Of a stretch of DNA of 32,000 bases, positions 21,782 to 31,539 are shown piece by piece; position 1 is the stretch's first letter, and every line of letters begins with the position of its first letter. The stretch is from assembly GCA_965229705.1 (NCBI GenBank), contig OZ245922.1, forward strand, positions 840,001 to 872,000. The letters run 5' to 3'. The DNA is from Candidatus Saccharimonadota bacterium. Its GTDB lineage: Bacteria > Patescibacteriota > Gracilibacteria > BD1-5 > UBA6164. The notes beneath the pieces are model-generated. The model was not told the origin of the DNA, did not search any database, and worked only from the letters and a program-made list of their open reading frames with translations. Made by a program: the position numbers and the translations under genes.

Positions 21782-22882
21782 ATGCAAGAGATGTATAGCG
21801 TCCTATGATACAAAAATAATCCTCTTCTGGATACCTATCGAGAAAAACAAATAGTAACACTTCAACAAAAACTCTGAGAAGTAGTGTGAGATACAGGTCT
21901 TTTACAGCAGTTTTCCAAGCTCTGAGAAGATATACAAAGAGATTTTCTCACACATCCAGATCAGTCATCTATACTTTTGAGTGACAGTTTTATAGAGAAG
22001 AGAGAACTCCACAGAAGTAGGCTGATATGAGAAATGCGCAAACTCATTTCGTGAGATGAAAAAGCGCTCATCATGAACTCTGGATATCTCATAAGCGGAA
22101 CAAATATACGCCTCAGCGTTGATGATCACAATCCGTGTAACTCCTACGATGCACATCCTGATAGTTCTTGAGATGAGAGTGGATGAAAACTCTGATGGTG
22201 ATCACAAAGTCCCGAAGAGTGGAAGAAAGTCTATGACAACACCTTTCATATTCTCAGACAAGCAGATGAGTGATGTTTTTTCGAGCTATGTTCCATGATA
22301 CAAAAGATAGTTCCTTTTGGAACAGCAAAAAATATTCATTACTCAGCATCATACAAAGAATGTATCGGGACGCTCTATATGGGGTTTACTCTTGATACAG
22401 ATATCCCTGAACTTCATGTACTTGAGGGACTCATTCACGAATCAAGTCATAACAAACTCAACCTCATTATGCAATATGAAGATATAACACTTAATGATTT
22501 TCAGGAAAAATATTATTCTCCATACAGACCAGATGCAAGGCATATATATGGTGTGTTTCTGGGAATACATGCACTTATACCGACCGTATATGTCTTACTG
22601 AAAGCTATAGAAAAAGGACTTATTAGTGATAAAAGATGGCAAGAGAAGATCATTATGTATCACATCAAAAATAAGCTCTGAATTGCGACAATAAAAAAGT
22701 TTGGGATACTCTCCCCTATGTGACAACGAGTATTTTCAGAGCTGATTTCGGTAGCACAAGTGTCAGATATCCTTGCAAAAGACTGCATCAAAAAATATTC
22801 TCTTCCCTTGTGAGATATTCAAAAAAGGGTAAAAGAACATTTTTCACAGGTGAGTCAAAACTATCCTCACATGATATATTAA
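21782..22882 (+). CDS. HExxH-motif domain protein (peptide-modification / aKG-HExxH hydroxylase-like family)
   Basis: 366 aa with at least 14 in-frame TGA codons. The track shows only 22295..22681. Core IVPFGTAKNIHYSASYKECIGTLYMGF...LEGLIHESSHNKLNLIM...YYSPYRPDARHIYGVFLGIHALIPTVYVL matches, from memory, the HEXXH-motif domain family seen with RiPP maturases. Ends TAA 22880-22882. Confidence 0.6.
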
Positions 22883-22907
22883 GGAGGATCTGAAAAATAG
22901 AAAAATC
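22879..22907 (+). repeat. 29-nt conserved box, copy A (TTAAGGAGGATCTGAAAAATAGAAAAATC)
   Basis: 27 of 29 nt identical to 31576-31604. Overlaps the stop codon of the HExxH gene. Confidence 0.6.
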
Positions 22908-22919
22908 TTGTGTAAGAGA

Positions 22920-22958
22920 CCAGTCTCAAGGCCTTGAAACTGAGTAACTTGAGACCGG
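22920..22958. terminator. Hairpin between convergent HExxH and rplS genes
   Basis: ccagtctcaag-(17-nt loop)-cttgagaccgg, an 11-bp stem with one G-U on the minus strand. No adjacent U run, so terminator function is tentative. Confidence 0.35.
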
Positions 22959-22976
22959 CCTCAGGAGAAAAAACGG

Positions 22977-23501
22977 CTACTTTTCTTCTTGTTTTCGAGT
23001 TTCTGCAGAAGTTTCTACAGATGTCTCTTCTGCTACAGGAGGTGTTACTTCTGGAGCTTGTTCTGGAGTATCTGCGACTTCTTGTTTTTTTACTTCAGGA
23101 TACTCTATAACAGGAAGAGCTTTTTCAGCGTTGAGAGTTTGCTTATCCATGCGCACTTCTTTGAGTCGAGCAGCTTTACCAGTGAGATCACGGATAAATT
23201 TGATAGATTTTCTTCTGACTTTAAACTGGCGAAGGACCTCTATTTTTTCAATAGTACTTGAGTGTACAGCAAATATTTTTTCTACACCAAACGCTCCTAT
23301 TTTTCTTCGAACGGTGATAGTTTTTTCTAACTCAGATTTCCCCGCTGTTTTGATGATAATTCCTTTAAATCTTTGTATTCTTTCTTTATTTCCTTCTGTG
23401 ATTTTTTGATACACTTCGACTTCCATTCCTGTTTTGAGGTCAGGTCGACCAGATTGCAAAAACTCATTTTGAGCTTTTCTGACGATATCTACATTTGTCA
23501 T
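22977..23501 (-). CDS. rplS: 50S ribosomal protein L19 with an acidic/proline-rich C-terminal extension
   Basis: 174 aa with no internal TGA. L19 core RPDLKTGMEVEVYQKITEGNKERIQRFKGIIIK...VRRKIGAFGVEKIFAVHS...RAKLYYLR-like FKVRRKSIKFIRDL. The tail of about 55 aa reads EYPEVKKQEVADTPEQAPEVTPPVAEETSVETSAETRKQEEK. Confidence 0.9.
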   Translation of the reverse strand: MTNVDIVRKAQNEFLQSGRPDLKTGMEVEVYQKITEGNKERIQRFKGIIIKTAGKSELEKTITVRRKIGAFGVEKIFAVHSSTIEKIEVLRQFKVRRKSIKFIRDLTGKAARLKEVRMDKQTLNAEKALPVIEYPEVKKQEVADTPEQAPEVTPPVAEETSVETSAETRKQEEK

Positions 23502-23654
23502 ATTGATGATAATTAGTCGGTAAAACGGGGCATATCATAAAAAAAAGAAAGGCTTTTGCAAATTTTTTTTATCTCAATATACTTCAAGAGACATAGGTCT
23601 TGTAAAAAAAGTGCCAATAGATATAAATACAGAAATATTTTTTAGAAACATTTT

Positions 23655-23900
23655 ATGATTGAACTGAGTATTGCAGAGCTATTATATCTCGTCCTAACAT
23701 TTTTTTGTATTGTCTTAGGAACACTTCTGACGATCATTTTGATACGCATTTTAAAAATACTCCATGTAGCTGTTGAGCTTACGGAGTACTATTATGTTCT
23801 CAAGTGATATATGCAGCGAGGTTTAGAGATTCCTCAGATGATTCAGGAAAAAATATCAGCCTATATGCAAGAACAGGCAGAAAAAAATCATAAAGAGTAA
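23655..23900 (+). CDS. Small membrane protein (81 aa), hypothetical
   Basis: ATG 23655 to TAA 23898-23900 with one internal TGA. One TM helix, [22 protein letters not shown]. Ends 17 nt upstream of mutL. Confidence 0.4.
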
Positions 23901-23917
23901 AAGAAATCTCTATATAT

Positions 23918-25702
23918 ATGAAAGATCACAAAATCATCACACTCCCCGTAGAACTCAGTAACCAAATAGCAGCAGGAGAAGTAGTTGAACGACCTCTTTC
24001 GGTGGTAAAAGAACTTTTGGAAAACGCTCTTGATGCAGAAGCTCATCATATAGAGATCGAGGTAGAAAATGGTGGGATTGATCTGATACGCGTAAAAGAT
24101 AATGGAGTTGGTATTCCAAAAGAAGAAATACCCAAAGCGCTCTTAAAGTATTCTACATCCAAGATATCCTCTCTCGAAGACCTTTATCGCGTCATGACTT
24201 TTGGTTTTCGAGGAGAGGCTCTTGCGAGTATTAGCTCTGTAAGCGAGTTTTCTCTCTGCTCAAAAACGCAGTGAGAGACAGCAGGAACTATAGTGCAAAC
24301 AAGCTCAGGTCATCAAGAAATATCAGAAACAGCGCACAATGTAGGAACCAGCGTAGTAGTCAAAAACCTCTTTTATAACACTCCTGCGCGCAAAGCCTAT
24401 CTCAAGACTCCCCGAACAGAATACCAAAAGATAGCTGATTTTGTTCAAAAAACAGCTCTGTGTTTTCCTCATATATCTTTTCAGCTCAGACATGATGGAA
24501 AAAATACTTTTTCTTACCCAAAAGCTAGCTCTCTCAAAGAAAGAATTCGCAGTATATATGACAGAGAGTATGCCGAGAGTATGCTCGATATTCACTATGA
24601 GTTTGCGTGAATAACTCTTAGAGGGTACATTAGTGATCCAAAAATATTTTATACCAATAAACAAAAACAGGTACTATTTGTGAACAATCGTTATATACAT
24701 TCCCCTATGATATCCAAGGCTATTATAGATGCATATAATAGATTTATTCCTCCTGGGAAATACCCTGGCTATGTGCTCTTTCTCGATATTGACCCTACAC
24801 AGATAGATGCAAATGTGCATCCAAGAAAAATGGAGATTCGCTTTGCGGCAGAACAACAAATATATAGAGCCTTTTATCACGCACTGAAAGACCGACTCGA
24901 AAAAGTGAGTCTTTCTTCATCATTTCATACTGAAACTACCATACAGGATACTTCCCTTTGAGAGAAAATTTCTCATAAAAAAAATACTCCTCTCAAGTAT
25001 CATACCGGTTCGGGGACACGCTTTAAAAACTATTCTCCATACACCAATACACTTCCTCATCCTACCCAGAATGCAATAGAATTTACAAAAAATATTCTTC
25101 AAGATTCGAAAAGTTCCGAAGCAATTTTCCCAAAGAATCCAAAAATAGGAAGAGTCCTCTGACAGCTGCATCACTCTTATATCGTGGTAGAAACAGATAC
25201 AGGACTCAAAATACTCGACCAGCATGCACTGGCAGAAAGAGTTATCTATGAAAAACTCTCACATTCGTCCTATACACCAAATACGCAAAAACTTCTCTTT
25301 CCTACAGAAGTTCATCTCGAAGGCGCTGAGCAAGAACAGTTAGAGCAATATAGTGATATGTTTGTCTCTATGTGATTTCAGATACACTGGCAGTGAGATA
25401 TCTTGGAAGTAACAGAAATTCCTGACTTTGTTTCAAAAAATAATATAGAGCAACTGATAAAAAATATTCTGTGAGATATGACGAGCGTGGGATCAAAGTC
25501 TCTGGAAGAAATTCGACATAAGATGTGGGCATATACTGCCTGCCGAAGTGCGATCAAGTTTGGTGATCCTCTCACACATTTTGAGATGGAAAAACTTTTA
25601 GAAGATGCGAGTATACATTATTCTTCTACTTGTCCTCATGGCAGACCAGTAGTGTATGAAGTCAGTCTTGATGAGCTAGCGAAAAAGTATGAAAGAGAGT
25701 AA
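23918..25702 (+). CDS. mutL: DNA mismatch repair protein MutL
   Basis: 594 aa. GHKL ATPase motifs [42 protein letters not shown]-terminal [11 protein letters not shown]...[16 protein letters not shown] (G=TGA), [18 protein letters not shown]. Confidence 0.93.
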
Positions 25703-25710
25703 AAAAATAT

Positions 25711-26103
25711 CTATCTATATATCCATGGAGCTATAGCATTGAGAATTACTCATGAAAGCATAAGTATTACCAGTCCTATGAGCGTTTTGGTAATTCTGTC
25801 CTTGGCGCTTGTTTTCAGACCATCATTTAGCCCAGCCATAGAATACAATATTCCGTTTATTACAATAAATAGCACACAGGCAAGAGATGTAATATAGGTA
25901 AAATACTTTATCACTTCTCCAGCTACGAGCATCACGCTCTCAAATCCTGGTTGTATATTACAGGTATAGATACCCTTACTATCAGGCTCCTCATAACAAT
26001 TTGCTCCAGGGATAGGCTCGGTTACCTGTACCTCTACTGCTCATACCTGAAATGCAAAACAGAGGCAAAGACAATATACAGAGAAAAGAAGAATATTTTT
26101 CAT
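25711..26103 (-). CDS. T4SS-type pilin (TrbC/VirB2-like, CPR/Gram-positive T4SS pilin family), single module
   Basis: 130 aa. Signal peptide MKNILLFSVYCLCLCFAFQ, TM1 YITSLACVLFIVINGILY, loop SMAGLNDGLKTSAKDRITKT, TM2 LIGLVILMLSGVILNAIAPWI. Starts 16 nt after the upstream gene stop. Ends TAG 25711-25713. Confidence 0.65.
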
Positions 26104-26118
26104 AATGATTTTTTAGTA

Positions 26119-27024
26119 TTAAATAGTTGCCAAATCAAGTAAAAATGTGTATGCCGCAAGCAAAATCAGCGTTGCAAGTATCGTACTCACAACAATACTC
26201 TTTGCTTTTTTGACTTGCTCTTCTTCACCGTTTGATCCAACATAATAGTATCCTGCAAGTGTCAGAAAAAATATGGCAACAGGAGCGGCAAAAAAGAGAG
26301 CAAGGTTTGCAAGAGACTCAAAAAGGTTGATACCAGACTCTATACTTCCTCAAAAAGCGACTCATTTCCATGCTTCTATGATCCCGACAAATACGAGAGC
26401 AAGAATCGTGTATATCAGTTTTTCTTTTGCTTCTTTCATGCGGTCTTCTCGTCATCTTGAAGTTACGAGAGTTACTCCTGCGAGTGTCAGAAAAAATACA
26501 GCACCTGCAAATATCGCAACCTCAAGAAAAAGGACAATCTGATCATTAAGCGTATTTTCAAATACAAAAAAATCAAAAAGGATATTTCCCGAACTTTCAG
26601 TAGACTCTTCTCAGAAAGCGTCATCTGATATTCGTGATCCAACACGGGTTGTTCCATCTTTATAAAAAGCTTCATAGAGGGTTCCTGGTATATTGATAAA
26701 TATGAGTGCTATAAGAGCATACCAGAGTTGTCTTTTGGATCCCGAGAGTTGTTCTTCATCAGACCCCATAGACATAACCATCATTGCTCAGGCATATACG
26801 ATATAGATGATCATCACTGCCATGAGTATCCATTTTACAAAAGCGAGAATAGAAAACCCTGTATTACTTACATCTTGTAAAGTGTTTCCTGATGTAGGGA
26901 TATCTAGAGAGGCATCGCGTATTTCACTTGATCCTGGGATATTAACGACTCCAGCGTTTGCAAGCTCTCCTCCAAGCACTAAGAGTGAGAGGCTGAGGAG
27001 TATGAGGAGGATTATTTTTTTCAT
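26119..27024 (-). CDS. Membrane protein made of three tandem T4SS-pilin-like modules (signal peptide plus 3x [TM-acidic loop-TM])
   Basis: 301 aa from ATG 27024 (alternative ATG 27057), checked codon by codon to TAA 26119-26121. Loops are MSMGSDEEQLSGSKRQLWYALIALIF, LVTSRGREDRMKEAKEKLIYTILALVF and YYVGSNGEEEQVKKAKSIVVSTILATLIL. The track shows only 26788..27057. Confidence 0.65.
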
Positions 27025-27190
27025 AGTTTGGAAAATATTTTGAAATATTTGTCTCATTATAGCATAACTTTTCTCAATACACGAAAGGATACAAAAAAAA
27101 CCTGAAAATAAAAATTGACATATAAAAATAAAAATATATACATCCTTTCAAACAAAAACACAACAACTCAAAAATGAAAGGGACTCAAGA

Positions 27191-27490
27191 ATGGGGATTA
27201 TTTTGATTCTAGTAGGAGGAGCGATAGGATTTTTTATCCTAGGATTTGCGCTAGCGTATATAGGATATAATTTTTTTTCGAAAGCTTCTATAGGGCTTTC
27301 AGCTATTGCAAGCGTAATTTCGTTTGCGATGAGTTTATATTTTCTTCCTTATGAAAATAAGGAGTCACCCGGTTATGAAACCTTTCCATCATATAATGAT
27401 AATGGTGGTTACTACAACCATCAGGGAAATGGTTATTACCATTTGGGTAGACACCGCTATATGATAGTGGGACCGTATATCAAAGAGTAA
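27191..27490 (+). CDS. Small membrane protein with Tyr/Gly/Asn-rich tail, hypothetical
   Basis: 99 aa with two TM helices, then PGYETFPSYNDNGGYYNHQGNGYYHLGRHRY. Has its own promoter-like TTGACA-16 nt-TATACA (27114-27141) and a terminator. Lies opposite to the surrounding pilin genes. Confidence 0.5.
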   Translation: MGIILILVGGAIGFFILGFALAYIGYNFFSKASIGLSAIASVISFAMSLYFLPYENKESPGYETFPSYNDNGGYYNHQGNGYYHLGRHRYMIVGPYIKE

Positions 27491-27528
27491 TTACATTAAT
27501 TATCTTTTTGATACACTCAACATAGGAA

Positions 27529-27550
27529 GGGGCCTTTAGGTCCCTTTTTT
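27529..27550 (+). terminator. Rho-independent terminator of the 27191-27490 gene
   Basis: ggggcc-ttta-ggtccc (one G-U) followed by T6. The T run overlaps the stop codon of the convergent minus-strand gene. Confidence 0.6.
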
Positions 27551-28538
27551 ATATCACTCCTTCAGGACGCAAGAAAAATGTGAGTATGAGATAGTTGAGA
27601 GCCAGGATTACCAGTCATACAGCAATATAGATAATAGACTGTTTTCACTTTTTGATTTTTTCCTCGTCTCCACCAGAGAGTAGTATCTGAGACCCTGCAT
27701 ACATGATCATCAACAGCACTACAAGAGCCACAAAACCATTAAACCAATTTATTAACATTATTACGATATTGATTCATTCTGATACATCAGCCTGATTGAC
27801 ACATTTTCCTCCATCAACCACAATAAACCCGTTTCCGTAATCTTCACAGTTTATCTTTCCATAAAATGCTTCTACCACCTCTTGCGCAAAACGCACGATA
27901 AGAAAACCTATCAGTGCATAAACAATAGAATTCTTAGAGTTTTTGATAGCTTCCTCATTTCCATTTGCAGTAACAAGAGTATAAAAGGCAAAGACCGCAA
28001 TCGCGATAAAGAAAAGAGATACCAGCGTTTGCAAGAGAGCTATCAAGGGCATCACAATATAATCCATAAATCCAACAGCGGTATACGCTGAAACCCCCTT
28101 ATCATATCATACCGTGACAAAGGCGTAGGCAACCTGCATAATGATGAGTCATACACTGATCCATATGATCCCTTTTTTAAAGTTTCCTAGCTCTTCTTCG
28201 CTATTGTTTGAAAAAATAAGCTTGAGAGTAATAATCAAAAAATACACACTCGCAATCATATAAAATAGATTTTTTATATCTCGAGCAAGTCGGATAAGCG
28301 TATTATAGAGTCATTCTCATCATCATTTACTTACACTGATAAATTGATCATTTTCATCAAAGTCCTTGAGCTTATCATTTTTTCGAGCACTACTCGATTC
28401 ACTCCCATCAACACTTCCGATAGAAAGATTATTTGCCTGAGAAAACAGACGATTATCAGCGCTTGCTTCTCAGACAAAAGAAACATATACCAACATCGTG
28501 CATATGACAAACAAAAGAGTGATAAGTATTTTTTTCAT
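27549..28538 (-). CDS. Membrane protein made of three tandem T4SS-pilin-like modules (signal peptide plus 3x [TM-acidic loop-TM])
   Basis: 329 aa, checked codon by codon from ATG 28538 to TAA 27549-27551. Signal MKKILITLLFVICTMLVYVSFVGEASA. Loops are LIFSNNSEEELGNFKKGIIWISVGLII, TLVTANGNEEAIKNSKNSIVYALIGFLIV and QILLSGGDEEKIKKGKQSIIYIAVGLVIL. A Cys pair lies in the second inter-module loop. Confidence 0.65.
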
Positions 28539-28611
28539 AGGTATTATATCTCTAAACATATATACTGAGTATAACATAAGGTGTTTTTATAAGCGAGTAT
28601 TGAGAATTGAC

Positions 28612-31437
28612 TTATGATTTTTCATCTTCACTCATAATTCCAAGTCGCGCTTCTATCTCTATATCGACATATTTTTTCTTTCGTCCATATTTTTTTCGTG
28701 AGTACTCTTTGATGATAGCAGCTGCCTTTGGATTTTTATAGGTATTGTCCCAAATAGTCTTGAGATCAAACGGTCGAGTAGTAGCGTTGTCTATATTGAG
28801 CTTACAGTAGGTAGTGAAGTTGGCAATTCCTATGATGTCCTGCTGAGAAAGCAGAGGAGCGTATTCTTTTTCCATATACTCAGCATCATCAGCACCAACC
28901 TTAAAAGATTGTATGGTTCCAGCATTTCCAAATACGGCATCTTTGATAGAGGGCTTATCCCCTGTTCGTGCACCATTTCCTCAGATTTGCGCAATAAACT
29001 GATGAGCCATGATCAGAGCCAGTCGATATTTTCGGGCTTCTGAGAGTATTTCTCCAAAAGTTTCTGTGGCAAAGTTTTGGAACTCATCTACATAGAGATA
29101 AAAATCTTTACGCTCAGACTCATCAATATCAGCTCGACTCATAGCTGCCATATTGATTTTTGATACAAATATCAGACCAAGGAGCTGAGCATTGAGAGCC
29201 CCTATTTTTCCTTTTGAGAGATTTACGAGCAGGATTTTTCGGTTATCCATGACTTCGCGAAGATTAAAAGCAGATTTTGGTTGACCGATAATGTTACGAA
29301 TCGTTGAATTGGTGATAAATGGTCAAAATTTTGCAGAAAAGTAGGGAATCATTTCTTGTTTTTCTCTATCACCCGTATTGGCATATTCATGGTCCCAAAA
29401 GGACTTAACGACAGGATTTTTGAGATTACGAGTTTTGTATTTCATAAACGCTTCATCAACGAAGAGTCGTGGAACATCGATGAGTGTTCCTCCATCTTCT
29501 TCATCTTCCATAAGTGTCAAACATCCGTTACGAAAGTAGTGTTGTATACGAGGTCCAAATATTTCATCACCAAATATTTTGATAAATATTTCTGTTGCAT
29601 CAAGCGCGGCTCTATCCATTTCTCTTTTGCGAATTTCAGGATCAGAAGAGATGATATCGAGCATGTTCATTCCCATAGGTCTTTCGGTATCAGAAGGATC
29701 AAAGATGATAACATCTTTTGCTCTTTCTTTTGGGACAAAGTCGAGCACATCTTCGACGAGGTCTCCGTGTGGGTCGATAACGCAGAGTCCATCACCATTC
29801 CAAACATCTTGCCGTGCAAGGTATCCGATGTAGACAGATTTTCCTCATCCAGATTTTCCAATGATATATTGGTGTCTCCCTCTATCTTTTCGTGAGAAGT
29901 ATATTGGTGTTTTTTTATTGCGGTACTCATTCCATCCAAGAAGTACTCCATCTTTGTAGACAGGAAACCCTCAGAGGTGTCGATGAACAAGCTCAGTTTT
30001 TCCAGTTTTTTCATTTTTTTCTTCGAGCATTGTTGCCTGCGACGGAGATTTGAGATTGTGAGGAACAGGGAGTTTTTTGTACTCGAGCCAGCTGATAATA
30101 GGAGACTTATTATAGTTAATATCTGGCAGATGATAGAGCGTTGATGCTTCATCAGCTGAAAAAATAGATATATTTTGAAAAAATCCTACGAGTTTATGGC
30201 GAAAGGCAAAATGTCGACAAGGAGTAAATATCCATGGCATAGAGTCTTCGTATATTTGAGGATTATCAAGAGCATTGTTGTACTCATCAGTAAAGATACT
30301 TGCAGCTGCTACAACAGCATGGACAGCATTTTCAGATTGCTTATGAGTTTGAGATGAAACAATAATACGAATAGAGCTCTCAAAAGATGGCTGAGCAGCG
30401 GACTCTCCCATGATTTTATGAGCTTCTGTCTCTGCCTGATTAAATATTTTATACGCGTCTCACTCACTGGCTCATGGAGCGTTGTTTCATCAGACCATAT
30501 CTTCGGGCCCTTCTATCATCGCAACAATAGGATTCCACAGAAAACTCAGAGGCTTAAAAAATACTCATAAAAGTCACATTTTTCGTCATTTTTTATATTT
30601 TCCTTTTGCGACTTGTCGAGCAGCGCGAAGAGCTTTTTTATTCCATCAAGAGTTAGTGGGTTTTATCACAACTTGGTATACGGCTTTATCTGCTTTATCG
30701 AGTCCTCCAAAAACATTGGTAAAGTTATTGATAGGATCATCTTCGAGGTACTTAAATGCTTTTATCGGAAATACATCGTCATGCTCTTTTCAGAGAGATG
30801 CTGCTCGCATATGATAGCCTTTTTGTGCAAGATTGATATAGTCTACTTTATCAACTTTTTCAATTTCGGCATCATTATAGATAGAGGTAATATGTTGAGA
30901 GACAAGATTGACATAGTTTTCGTAGGTAACAATAAAAAAACTTACTTCGCCATTTTCATATACGAGCTCGAGGGCGATTTTTGAGTGTCCAAAGAAAAAG
31001 TTGAGGAGTGTGTCACGCAGTCCTGCCTCGGAGAGTTTATGGATCGCTTTGTAAAACATCGACATTTGTCAGATCTTTTCCTTAAAATCTTTTTTTGTTT
31101 CTTTTTCTTTATCGAGTTTTGAGTCTGCTCTCGGAACAGTGATCTTGAGGTAACGGAGATTTTTAGAGTACCAGAGCTCAAAACCAAGTCTGATAGACTT
31201 GTAGAGTATGAAGAGTAGCAGAGCCCAAAACAGGAGCTGCAGGATGAGATATCCTACCTCATTCATCAGACCTCAAAAATCCATGGAAAAGAGTCAGTCT
31301 CACCCCTCAGAACTGTCTGCTTGTTTTGGTTCACTACTGCCCACTTGTTGCTCGATACTTCGACCAAGAGCAGCCTGAGCTTTGGTGTATCATATACAAA
31401 ATAGAGCGATACAAATGGCAAAATACTTCAATTTCAT
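28612..31437 (-). CDS. VirD4/TraG/TraD-like type IV coupling-protein-family P-loop ATPase with two N-terminal TM segments and a large uncharacterised N-terminal domain
   Basis: 941 aa single frame joining track ORFs 31069, 30790, 29971, 29323, 28981 and 28612, with no TAA or TAG between them. Signal/TM1 MKLKYFAICIALFCIGYTKAQA, TM2 YLILQLLFWALLLFILY. Walker A IIGKSGGGKS (a G is TGA), VIDPHGDL, Walker B FYLYVDEFQNF, TraG-D_C-like RKYRLALIMAHQFIAQI...FGNAGTIQSFKVG. Confidence 0.75.
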
Positions 31438-31505
31438 GAATATTCCTAAAAAGTTATGTTAGCTTTAGGATATCAGAAAAAGAAGATATTTTCCAAGATT
31501 GAGAC

Positions 31506-31533
31506 TTGACGAAGAAGGGGAAAATAATATAGT
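31506..31533 (+). promoter_or_regulatory. Candidate promoter of a short plus-strand transcript
   Basis: TTGACG (31506-31511), 16-nt spacer, TATAGT (31528-31533). Confidence 0.3.
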
Positions 31534-31539
31534 ATCTAT

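Noticed and set aside
29356-30152. ORFs 29356..29895 (+), 29579..29833 (+) and 29667..30152 (-, 161 aa).
   Set aside because: They are out of frame or antisense relative to the 941-aa ATPase frame, which carries the Walker A/B and TraG-D_C-like motifs. They have no motifs of their own.
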